Part shown: positions 13,401 through 25,400 of the stretch, piece after piece
Layout: each line of letters opens with the position of its first letter
How positions within the stretch are numbered: the stretch's first letter is position 1
Source of the DNA: Chiloscyllium plagiosum
Lineage: Eukaryota
Assembly (NCBI RefSeq): GCF_004010195.1
Contig: NC_057719.1
Span: 86,411,286 to 86,475,285 of the forward strand
Direction: 5' to 3'
DNA: 64,000 bases
Translations under genes and position numbers: made by a program
The notes under the pieces: generated by a model
Databases searched by the model: none
The model's input: only the letters and a program-made list of their open reading frames with translations
Told to the model about the DNA's origin: nothing

Positions 13401-16400
13401 TGGATGTCCATGGTGAAAATAAGGCGTTGGGGAAGTGAAAATCGTGGAGCAGGTGGAGTGCATGGGTGGTGTCCCGAACGTAGGTGGGGAGTTCTTGGAC
13501 TAAGGGGGACAGGACGGTGTCAAGGTACGCAGAGATGAGTTCGGTGGGGCGGGAGCAGGCGGAGACAATGAGTCGGCCAGGGCAGTCAGGTTTGTTTCAG
13601 TGGAAGGGTACTGGTCGGTACGGCGGGAAAGATTCAGTGGAAGGGTACTGGTCGGTACGGCGGGAAAGAATTTGGGGTGAATGAAAAGTGAAGCTTGGAA
13701 AAGCACAGTAGGTCGAGTAGCATCAGAGGAGAAGGGGAGTCAACGTTTCAGGTCAGAACCTTTCATCAGGACTGATGAAGATTCTGAACTAAAAATTTGA
13801 CTGCCCTTCTCTGCTTGACTTGCTGTGCTTTTTTCAGCTCTACTATGTATCCATTCTGACTCTCCAGCATCTGCACTCCTCACTTTCTCCTATACTGGTA
13901 CTTGCCCTGGCTGCACATCCAATTCTTCTTTTGACATTTTTATAAAGGGCTTGCAATTGGGGAAGAGTTCTTCTTAATTTACAAACAATTTTGATTTCCA
14001 TTACCTTACATTGATATGTGAGTTCTTTCCATTAATTTGTGTTGGCAATTTTGCCAATTGTGCACCTTTCACAAGCTACAACGTACGTGTCTCCTTTTTT
14101 AATTGAACTTTTAATTAATTAAGAATGCTAAATGTGAGAGCTAAGCTGAGTCCTGTGATTGAGCATGACTGATGTGTAATTTAGTTATATTGTTCCATCC
14201 TGAAATTTTTTAATCTTTTTTTTCCAGTTATATGTTGTATCCCAATTTAAAATACTGATCTCTCTCCTGGGTAAGTTAAATTTGAACTGTTGATGTTTAG
14301 TCCATATGAACACAGGAATTATTTTCTACACCAGTGCAATAATTTTAGAAAATGTAGCTTATTTATGTTGCCAGTTAATTATAATACTCTCAAAATTAAG
14401 TGAGTAGTTGCTGTTAAGATGTAGTGACTAAATTCAATTGTTTTGCAAGTCGTGGGCATTAACTCCGAATTCACTTGAGCTCCTATGAAAATAGTCTAGA
14501 ACTGTGGGTGTTGTGTTAGGAGATGCAGGGTTGTAATGTGCAATCTCGGGAAGATATAAATGTAAAGATGAACTCCAGTTGAATGCATCATCAACTGGTT
14601 TTCCAGAGTAAACGTCACCTTGTATACAAGTTCATTGCATCATTGATGGATTTATTCAGGTTTTCCGATACATTTAGCCATTTTGTTGATATGATTTTCT
14701 TAAAGCAGTCTTTGTTTTTTAAAAAACATCTTGCACTGTTGTCCCTGTTGTTTTGTTTCAAAGTGTCAGATGGCATAGAACAATGAGCCACAAGAAAGTA
14801 AAAATTAAATCTGCTTCAGAATAAGATTTTATTTCTCTCTTGCCACTCCCCAACACTCAAAGATTGCTCTCCCCAGATCATACTCTGCTTCTATTGTTGG
14901 TCGTTAAGAGTTAAGATTCTGGGTAATCCAAGATGGAGGACGGAAAAAATTTCTGGCTGTAACAGGGTGTTCCTTTTTTGTTGAGGTGTTTTAGGTATTG
15001 GAGGTGATCTCCTCGAATTCCAGGAGCAGCACACACTGCAACAGCACACACTGTTTTGTGTGCTGTTGCATTGTTTTGGAACTTTGGAGGAAAAAAAAGT
15101 TAAAACAACAGCAGTTTTAAAAGGGAGAGGAACAGACAAAGGAAGCACATGGTGAGGTCAGTGCAGGAGAGAAAGAGAAAGAAACTGACACCACAGTGAA
15201 CCTGCACAGTTACTGCCTTTGCTCTTTGAATTCATGTATCGCTGGCAATCGGAGTGCCTCTGGGAAAATCAACAAACAGTGAAATTCACATCTGATCTTG
15301 GAGGAACTTGTTTGGGAGAGGTAACAGAACAGAAACAGAAGTGAATATTTAAGTGTGGCCTTACAGTAAGTCTGCAGTAGTGAGTAAAGTGGGTTCTTTC
15401 TTGATATGTCTCTTGATTAAACTTAAAATATAAGCCATAACTGTTCATTTAACCTGGAGCAGTGTCGACGAATAAGACAGGTATAATTTTCTGGGTCTGT
15501 AGATTGTGAAGGAGTAAAAATGGCCTTTAGTAGAGTGATATGCTCTTCTTGTCGGATGTGAGAGTTTAGGGAGAGTTTACGGGTTACTGAGGATCATGTC
15601 TGCAATAAATGCTGTTGGTTGCAAATCCTGTCAGATCGAATGGATCAGTTGGAGAGACAGTTAGAGGCAATGAGGAATTTACAAGAGCAAGGCAATGTGA
15701 TGGCAGTTATAGGAAGAGGGAAAAGTCACAGATGCAATCACATAAATGGGTTAACTCCAGAAAAGGTAAGAAAGGTAGGCAGTTAGTAAGGAGTCTTAGA
15801 TTAGATTAGATTTAGATTAGATTAATTACAGAGTGGAAACAGGCCCTTCGGCCCAACAAGTCCACACCGCCCCGCCGAAGCGCAACCTACCCATACCCCT
15901 ACATTTACCCCTTACCTAACACTACGGGCAATTTAGCATGGCCAATTCACCTGACCTGCACATCTTTGGACTGTGGGAGGAAACCGGAGCACCCGGAGGA
16001 AACCCACGCAGACACGGGGAGAACGTGCAAACTCCACACAGTCAGTCGCCTGAGGCGGGAATTGAACCTGGGTCTCTGGCGCTGTGAGGCAGCAATGCTA
16101 ACCACCATGCCGCCCAATCCCCATTTCAAACCTCATTTCAAACAAGTATACTGTTTTGGAAAATGTAGGGGTGACGGATTTTCAGGGGAACGTAGCACGA
16201 AACAGCCAAGTTTCTGGTATTGAGACTGGCGTAATGCAATGAGGGGTACGTTGGGTTCCAAGAGATCGATTGTGTTAGGAGACTTTCTAGTCCGAGGTAC
16301 AGACATAAGTTTCTGTGGCCAGCAGAGAAAAATCAGAATGGTGTTTTGCTTCTCTGGTGCCATGATCAAGGATGTCTCAGAGAGGATGCAGAATGTTCTC

Positions 16401-19400
16401 AAGGGGGAGTGGGGTCAGCCGGAGGTCCTTGTGCACATTGGAACCAATGATAAAGGAAGGGAAAAGGTTGAGATTCTGAAGGGACATTGCAGAGAATTAG
16501 GCAGGAATTTAAAAAGGAGGTCCTCAAGAGTAGAAGTATCTGAATTACTCCCAGTGCTACGAGTTAATGAGGGCAGGAATAGGAGTATAGGGCAGATGAA
16601 TGCATGGCTGAGGACATGGTGTATGGGAGAAGGATTCACATTTTTGGATCATTGGAATCTCTTTTTGGGCAGAAGTGACCTGTATAAGAGGGATGAATTG
16701 CACCTAAATTGGAAGGGTACTAATATACAGGCAGGGAAATTTCCTCGAGCTACTCAGGAGGATTCAAACTAGTAAGGTGAGGGGATGGAACCCAGGAAGA
16801 TAGTGAGGAAAGAGGTCAATCTGAGACTGGTACAGTTGAGAACAGAAACTAGTCACAGTCAGGACAGCATGGGACAAGGTAGGAGTAATAAATTAAACTG
16901 CATTTATTGCAATGCAAGGGGCCTAACAGGGAAAGCGGATGAACTCAGGGCATGGTTAGGAACATGGGACTGGGGTATCATAGCAGTTACAGAAACATAT
17001 GGCTCAGGGATGGACGGGACTGGCAGCTTAATGTTCCAGGATACAAATGCTACAGGAAGATTAGGAAGGTACGCAAGTGAGGAAGGTAAGTGGCGTTTTT
17101 GATAAGGGATAGCATTACAGCTGTAGTTAGGGAGGATATTCCCAGAAATACATCCAGGGAAATTATTTGGGTGGAATTGAGAAATAAGAAAGGGATTATC
17201 ATCTTATTGGGATTTTATTATAGACCCTCTAATAGTCAGAGGGAAATTGAGAAACAAACTTGTAAGGAGATCTCAGTTATCCGTAAGAATAATGTGGTTA
17301 TGGAAGGGGATTTTAACTTTCCAAAATAGACTGGGACTGCCACAGTGTTAAGGGTTTAAATGGAGATGAATTTAAGTGAACAAGACAATTTTCTGATTCA
17401 GTATGTGGATGTGCCTACTAGAGAAGGTGCAAAACTTGACCTACTCTTGGGAAATAAGGCAGGGCAGGTTGAGGTGTTAGTGGGGGAGCACTTTGGGGCA
17501 AGCGGCCATAATTCTATTAGATTTAAAATAGTGATGGAAAATGATAGACCAGATCCAGAAGTTGAAGTTCTGAATTGGAGAAAGGCCAATTTTGACGGTA
17601 TTAGGCAAGGACTTTCAAAAGCTGATTGGGGGCAAATGTTCGCAGGTAAAGGGACGGCTGGAAAATGGGAAGCCTTTAGAAATGAGGTAACGAGAGTCCA
17701 GAGAAAGTATATTCCTGTTAGGGTGAATGGAAAAGCTGATGGGTATAGGGAATGCTGGATGACTAACGAAATTGAGGTTTGGTTAAGGAAAAGAAGGAAG
17801 CATGAGATAAATCGAGTGAATCCTTAGAAGAGTATAAAGGTTGTAGGATTATACTTGAGGGAAATCGGGAGGGCAAAAAGGGACATGAGATAGCTTTGGC
17901 AACTAGCATTAAGGAGAGTCCAAAAGATTTTTACAAATACATCAAGGACAAAAGGGTAACTAGGGAGAGTGGGCGGCACGGTGGCACAGTGGTTAGCACT
18001 GCTGCCTCACAGCGCCAGAGATCCGGGTTCAATTCCCGACTCAGGCGACTGACTGTGTGGAGTTTGCACATTCTCCCCGTGTCTGCGTGGGTTTCCTCCG
18101 GGTGCTCCGGTTTCCTCCCACAGTCACAAAGATGTGCGGGTTAGGTGAATTGGCCATGCTAAATTGCCCGTAGTGTTAGGTTAAAAGGGGTAAATGTAGG
18201 GGTATGGGTGGGTTGCGCTTCGGCGGGTCGGTGTGGACTTGTTGGGCCGAAGGGCCTGTTTCCACACTGTAAGTAATCTAATCTAATCTAATCTAATCTA
18301 AGAATACGGCCCCTCAAAGATTAACAAGGCAGCCTTTGTGTGGGGCTGCAGAAAATGGGGCAGATACTGAATGAGTATTTTGCATCTGTATTTACTGTGG
18401 AAAAGGACATTGAAGGTATAGAATGTAAGGAATTAGATGGTGCCGTCTTGCAAAATGTCCAGATTACAGAGGAGGAAGTACTGGATGTATTGAAATGCAT
18501 AAAAGTGGAAAAATCCCCAGGACCTGATCAGGTGTACCCTAGAACGCTGTGGGAGGCTAGGGAAGTGATTGCTGGCCTCTTGCTAAGATATTTGTATCAT
18601 CAATAGTCACAGGTGAGGTGCCGGAAGACTGGAGGTTGGCTAATGTGCCGCTGTTTAAGAAAGGTGGTAAGGACAAGCCAGGGAATTATAGACCAGTGAG
18701 CGTGATGGTGGTGGGCAAGTGTTGGAGGGAATCCTGAGGGACAGGATATACATGTATTTGGAAAGGCAAGGACTGATTAGGGATAGTCAACATGGCTTTA
18801 TGCGTGGAAAATCATGTCTCTCAAACTTGATTGATATTTTTTGAAGAAGTAACAACGCGTATCGATGAGGGCAGAGTGGTAGATGTGATCAATATGGACT
18901 TCAGTAATGCATTTGACAAGGTTCCCCATGGGAGACTGGTTAGCAAGGTTAGATCTCATAGAATACAGGGAGAACTCTCCATTTGGATACAGAACTGGCT
19001 CAAAGGTAGAAGACAGAGGGTGGTGGTGGAGGGTTGTTTTTCAGACTGGAGGCCTGTGATCAGTGGAGTGCCACAAGGATCAGTGCTGGGTCCACTTCTT
19101 TTTGTCATTTATGTAAATGATTTGGATGTGAGCATAAGAGCTATAGTTAGTAAGTTTGCAAATGACACCAAAATTGGAAGGGTAGTGGACAGCGAAGAAG
19201 GTTACCGCTGATTACAACAGGATCTTGATCAGATGGGCCAATGGGCTGAGAAGTGGCAGTTGGAGTTTAATTTGGATAAATGTGGGGTGCTGTTGAAGTG
19301 GAGTTTTGAAAAGGCCCAGGGAATCCCTTATGGACTCAGACCTTTAAAGCCTCTCTCTTGGTTCGTCCTGGATATCGTACTCTTTGGAAGTATGGAATAA

Positions 19401-22400
19401 AAACCTCTTAAAGACCGTTTACTTTAATTCTAGTCATTCCCTTCATTCACTAATAGCATCATTGTTGCAACATAACACTGATATCTATAAGCTAAACTAA
19501 CTAGGTTCTAATAACCTTGGAGAGTAGGGTACCAGCTCTTCAAGTTTTCCAGCAGGCTACTCCAATCTGCTGATACAAAGTGGCTTCCTTTATACAAATG
19601 TTTACAAAATCTTTGCATGTTCTTAATATCATCATAAAGTCCCAAAATGCAATTAAATTCAATCCATAGCAGATCAGCTCTAAGAGTTAATTTTTTTACT
19701 GTCTTCAATAGTCTCAGCACTAAAATGGTCTCCCTCTCCCTCTCCCTCTCCCTCTCCCTCTCCCCTGTTGAACTCTCAAGTCAGGGTCTTGTAACAGCAA
19801 AGATGTTTTTCCCTCTGTGTGTCTGTCCCGCTTGCAAGGAGTAATGAGAATCCATTATAATTGACAGGATCTGACCGTTAATTACAAGGCTTTTGATAGT
19901 ACCGTGTTTTGTTTCAGGGTCAGAATCAAACACTTGTCATTAATTTCACAAAGGAATGGATGTGAATGTTATCACTTGGTGTCCTTTTCTCACGCAGATT
20001 CATTGATGCTAAGGCAAATGTTCTTAATTGCCTTATAGCATCCTGTTATCACTTGGTGAGCCCAGATGTCCCTATCTTCTGCATTCCTTGGGTTACCCCC
20101 TTTTTCTGAGTCTTCCTGCCTGTATATTTTCTAGTGTAGTACATGTATTCTATAATTCAGCATTACATTTTAGTCTAAATGTTTAAAGACAAATTTTAAG
20201 GCTATAGGCTTTCTCAATTCTGCATTTTGGGAAAGCAAATCTTAAGACTTAATTGTAAGGTCTTAGGGAGTGTTGCTGAACAAAGAAACCTTGGAGTGCA
20301 AGTTCATAGCTCCTTGAAAGTGGAGTCGCAGGTAGCTATGATAATGAAGAAGGCATTTGGTATGCTTTCCTTTATTGGTCAGAGTATTGAGTACAGGAGT
20401 TGGGAGGTCATGTTGCAGCTGTACAGGACATTGGTTCGGCCACTTTTGGAATATTGCATGCAATTCTGGTCTGCTTCATATTGGAAGTTGTGAAACTTGA
20501 AATGGTTCAGGGAAGAATAACCAAGATAATGCCAAAATTGAAGGATTTGAGCTATAAGGAGAGGCTGAATAAGCTGGGGCTATTTTCCATTGAGGGTGAC
20601 CTTTATAGAGGTTTATAATATCATGAGGGGCATGGATAGGATAAATAGGCAAAGTCTTTTCCCTGGGGTGTGGGGAGTCCAGAACTAGAGGGCATAGGTT
20701 TAGGGTGAGAGGGGAAAGATATAAAAGAGACCTAAGGTGCAACCTTTTCTCGCAGAGGGTGGTATGTGTATGGAATGAGCTGCCAGAGGAAGTGGTGGAG
20801 GCTAGTACATTTGGAACATTAAAAAACATTTGGATGGGTATATGAATAGGAAGGGTTTGGAGGGATATGGGTCGGCTGCTGACAGGTGGGACTAGATTGG
20901 GTTGGGATATCTGGTCGGCATGGACGGGCTTGACCGAAGGGTCTGTTTCCATGCTGTATATCTCTGACTCTATGACTCTAAATGTGATAGCCAAAATTTG
21001 GAAACAGGCCTGCCGCAAGAGAAGTCTAAGGAAGAAGCTGTTATGGCTTCCACTGAGATGAAAAGCAGAAGAAAATCTGAAGTATAATTTGGAGACCTTG
21101 AGTTTAAATCAAAATGACATGGTAAGGTGTGAAAGCAGGGTCTATCATAATTAAGATTCTGTACATCAATTTTACTGTGGAATGTAACAGTTTAATTTAA
21201 AATCTCTTAAATTATCTTATCCTATCTTAAAAAGATGATAAAAAGATAAAGGACAGTTTGAACCAGCATCAATAAACCAGCATTCAGACTGTTTATAGGA
21301 ACAATTAGAGCTACCCGAGATAGCATTCGTAACAGAAATCTAGCAAAGAGGAAGTGAACCTTATGCATCAAACTTTGCATTCATTACAGTATCTATTGAA
21401 CAGCAGTATCTAGCAATGTTAAAAATTGTTAGTTTGAATAGCTAGCTACTTGCGTGTTTTTTGGTATGAAAGGCTATTTGTTTTGTGTATTCTGGAAAAA
21501 TATGTTGTTTTGCTTAGCAGGGTGCAGAGGCATTAGCTTACCCAATTATCGGTTGCATTTTAGCCTTAGAAACACATGCAATAAGTGATTGTTTCAAAAA
21601 CCATTTGTATTGCCTTTTTATGTAATAAAATGCCCAATGTGCTTTACGGTTACATTGCAAAATAAAGCATGGTTCAATACCAAATTGGGAGAAATTAAAT
21701 CAGATGATCAAAAACTTGGTCAAAACTTAGGTTATGAATATTTTTAAAAATTAAAGTGAAGTGGAAAGGAATAGGGAGATAATTTTTAGGATTTTAATTA
21801 ACTCGTCTAATTTATTCAACTCAGGTCATGATCATCATTTTGACGTATCATGCTCCACATCAGAGCTTCAGGAAGGCTCCACAAAAAGCATGCCACACTT
21901 ACACACGCGCACAGACAGACAGAGATGCACGCATACAAATGTGTACACACGTGGGTACACACCTCATCCATTTATAGTATATTCGTTCATGGGATGTGGG
22001 CATTACTGGGTAACATCGTAGGATCCCTACAGTGTGAAAACAGTCAATTTGGCTCAACAAATCAACACCGACCCTCGGAGTATTCCACCCGGACCTATTC
22101 CCCTACCCTGTTACTCTACATTTCCCCTAACTAATCCCCATAACCCACACATCCCTAATGGGCAATTTAGCATGGCCAATTCACCTAACCTGCACATGTG
22201 GGAGGAAACTGGAGCACATGTGGGAGGAAACCCACATAGACACAAGGAGAATGTACAAACTCCACAGAGAGCTGCCTGAAACTGAAATCGAACCCAAATT
22301 CCTGATGCTGAGGGGCAGCAGTGCTAACCACTGAGCCATTGAGCCCATGCTAGGTGAGCATTTATTTCCCAATCCTAACTACCTTTTGGGAAATTAAGAA

Positions 22401-25400
22401 TCAGTCACATTGCTGAGAGTCTGTAATTGCATGTAAGCCAGAACAGGCAAGGTTGCTGGATTACTACCATGGCACCCATATCTCCAGAAATGTGTGCCAT
22501 TACCACTCCGGATAGCTGATTTGCATTAGAGTGATGTCAACAGCGTGGGCTCAATTCCCATAAAGCTGAGGATACCATGAAAGTCCTGCCTTCTCAATGT
22601 CTCTCCTTACCTCTCTAATGAGAGAGCAGGCTTACAATCCTCTGGGACTTCGGTGACGTTACTTTTACCAATGTGCCACGGCTTCACCCTAATTTCTCAA
22701 GCCCCTCAGTATCAGCATCACTGCAATGCAAACCAACTATCCAGAGTTTCTCCCTTGACCCCAGCCACTTCCTTGACCATCTCCTTATCGAATGCCGGTG
22801 GAATATAGAGTAACTTCCAAGATGATGTCAACAGCTCATGCGCATTTGTGACAACATCAGCGTGTACACTGGTACTGATGGTTCTGAGCATTGACCATGA
22901 TGATATCGGTGGTGCACATAAATGCATCCATTCATGGTGATACCAGTGGACCGTATGCAGATATCTTCCATAACTTGTGGCCACCTGACGTCATGGACTA
23001 TCTTTCCACATTCAGGGTGCATTTTGGCTGTCTGGAAATGTGCAGGGATTATTTTGGTGTTCTCGATAATCATTCTATATCCAATTTGAAACCCTAACCT
23101 TCTTTCCTATGGTCATGCAGATAATTCAGTTTTGAAAATTATTCTAAAATCTGCATCAACTATCTTTTCCAGACAGTGAATGGCTATCCGTTTTATATCA
23201 ATGCATTAAAACGTTCTGCATCTCACTGCTCGTTATTTGAAGAATTCCTATTTATTTAAATACTCTGGTTACGTTTATTTTGGGAGTGAGAGCAGTTTCT
23301 CCCTGTAGTAGGAGACCTCTTTTAAAGACCTTCTTCATCATCATCACTTCTAGGGAAATAATCACAACTTAGAGTCGTAGAGCTGTGCAACACAGAAACG
23401 GAATCTTTGGTCCAACTCGCCATGCTGACCAGATATCCTAACCTAATCTAGTCGCATTTGCCAGCACTTGGCCCATATCCCTGTAAACCCTTCCTAGTCA
23501 TATACCCATCCAGATGCCTTTTAAATGTTGTAATTGTTCCAGCCTCCACCAGTTCTGGCAACTCATTCCATACATCCACCACTCTCTACATGAAGACGTT
23601 GCCCCCTTTATCTCTTTTAAATCTTGCCCCCCTCACCCTAAACCTATATCCCCTAGTTCTGGATTCCCTCATCCTGGGGAAAAAGACCTTGTCTATTTAC
23701 CCTATCCAAGTCTGTCATGATTTTATAAACCTCTAAAAGCTCACCCATCAGCCTCTGATGCTCCAGGGAGAACCACTCAGTTCTCCCTATAGCTCAAATC
23801 CTCCAACCCTGGCAACATCCTTGTAAATCTTTTCTGGACCCTTTCAAGTTTCACAGCCTTCTTCCTATTAGCAGGGAGACCAGAATTGCACACAGTATTC
23901 AAAACATGGCCTTACCAATGTCCTGTACAGCTGCAACATGACCTCCCAACTCCTATACTCAATGATTTGACCAATAAAGGAAAGCATACCAAACATCGTC
24001 TTCACTATCCTATCTTCCTGCAACTCCATTTTCAAGGAACTGTGAACCTGCACTCCAAGGTCTCTTTGTTCAGCAAAACTCCTCCGGACCTTACCATTAA
24101 GCGTATAAGTCCTACCCTGATTTGTCTTTCCAAAAATGCAGCATCTCACATTTATTTAAATTAAACTCCATCTGCCACTCTTCAGCCCATTGGTCCAATT
24201 GATCAAGATCCCATTGTACTGAGGTAACCTTCTTCACTATCCACTACACCTCCAATTTTGGTTTCATCTGCAAACTTACTTACTGTACCTCCTGTGTTCT
24301 CTTCCAAACCATTTGTATAAATGATGAAAAGCAGTGAACCCAACACCAATGCGTGTGGCACACCTCCAGTCTGAAAAGCAACCCTCCCATCACCACCATC
24401 TATTTTCAACCTTCAAGCCAGTTCTGTGTATAAATGACTATTTCTCCCTGTATTCCATGTGATTTAACCTTGCTAACCAGTCTACTATGAGGTACCTTAT
24501 CGAATGTCTTAAAGTCCTTCTCTCAACAATTTTCTGATTCCTAGCTCCTTGAAAGTAGAGTCGCAGGTAGATAGGTTAGTGAAGAAGGTGTTTGGTATGC
24601 TTTCTTTTATTGGTCAGAGTATTAAGTACAGGAGTTGGGAGGTCATGTTGCGGCTGTACAGGACATTGGTTAGGCCACTATTGGAATATTGCGTGCAATT
24701 CTGGTCTCCTCCTTATCGGAAAGATGTTGTGAAACTTGAAAGGGTTCAGAAAAGATTTGCAAGGATGTTGCCAGGGTTGGGGGTTTTGAGCTATATGGAG
24801 AGGCTGAACAGGCTGGAGTTGTTTTCCCTGGAGCGTCGGAGGTTGAGGGGTGACCTCAGAGTTTTATGAAATCATGAGGGGCATGGATAGGAAAAACAAG
24901 CAAAGTTATTTTCCCCAGGATTGGGGAGTCCAGAACTAGAGGGCATAGGTTTAGGGTGAGAGGGGAAAGATTTAAAAGAGACCCAAGGGGCAAATTTTTC
25001 ACATAGAAGGTGGTACAGGTATGGAATGAGCTGCCAGAGGAAGTGGTGGAGGCTGGTACAATTGCAACATTTAAAAGGCATTTGGATAGGTAGATTAGTT
25101 TAGATTAGTTTAGATTAGATTAGATTAGATTACTTTACAGTGTGGAAACAGGCCCTTCGGCCCAACAAGTCCACATCGACCCGCCGAAGCGCAACCCACC
25201 CAGACCCATTCCCCTACATTTACCCCTGCGCCTAACACTACGGGCAATTTAGCATGGCCAATTCACCTGACCTGCACATTTTTGGACTGAGAGGAAACCG
25301 GAGCACCCGGAGGAAACCCACGCAGACACGGGGAGAATGTGCAAACTCCAGACAGTCAGTCGCCTGAGGTGGGAATGGAACCCGGGTCTCTGGCGCTGTG

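Larger units (their letters stand above)
12008..13669 (-). mobile_element. Penelope-like element, 5'-truncated, young (RT region plus pLTR), spanning the assembly gap
   Basis: ORF 12935-13411(-) has PLE RT motifs DIQSLYTSIPH, QTKGEAMGTRMGPS and RYIDD. CpG-rich. 15-bp TSD atttg(t/g)ggtgaatga at 11995-12009 and 13670-13684. Confidence 0.92.
14890..20980 (+). mobile_element. Near full-length, decayed CR1 LINE (putative 5'UTR, ORF1 Cys-motif/SGNH esterase, ORF2 EN-RT, 3'UTR) with three nested insertions
   Basis: ORF1 starts near 15520 (MAFSRVICSSCRM) and includes esterase motifs IVLGDFLVR, VHIGTND and DELHLN. EN motifs CNARGL and YYRPSN. RT motifs DFSNAFDKVPH and GVPQGSVLGPLLF. 3' end tctatgactcta. 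The 5' boundary is uncertain. Confidence 0.9.

Noticed and set aside
13597..13669. CRISPR-like 36-bp direct repeats
   Set aside because: There are no spacers, the context is eukaryotic and the repeats are copies of PLE RT sequence.
17970..18045. tRNA gene
   Set aside because: The A and B boxes belong to the SINE head and run straight into the V-domain; there is no full cloverleaf or terminator.
22680..23100. Coding-looking stretch with overlapping ORFs on both strands
   Set aside because: No recognisable protein and no splice support. There is only a faint resemblance to a decayed RT (AFDK...GVKGETL), so it is left unassigned.
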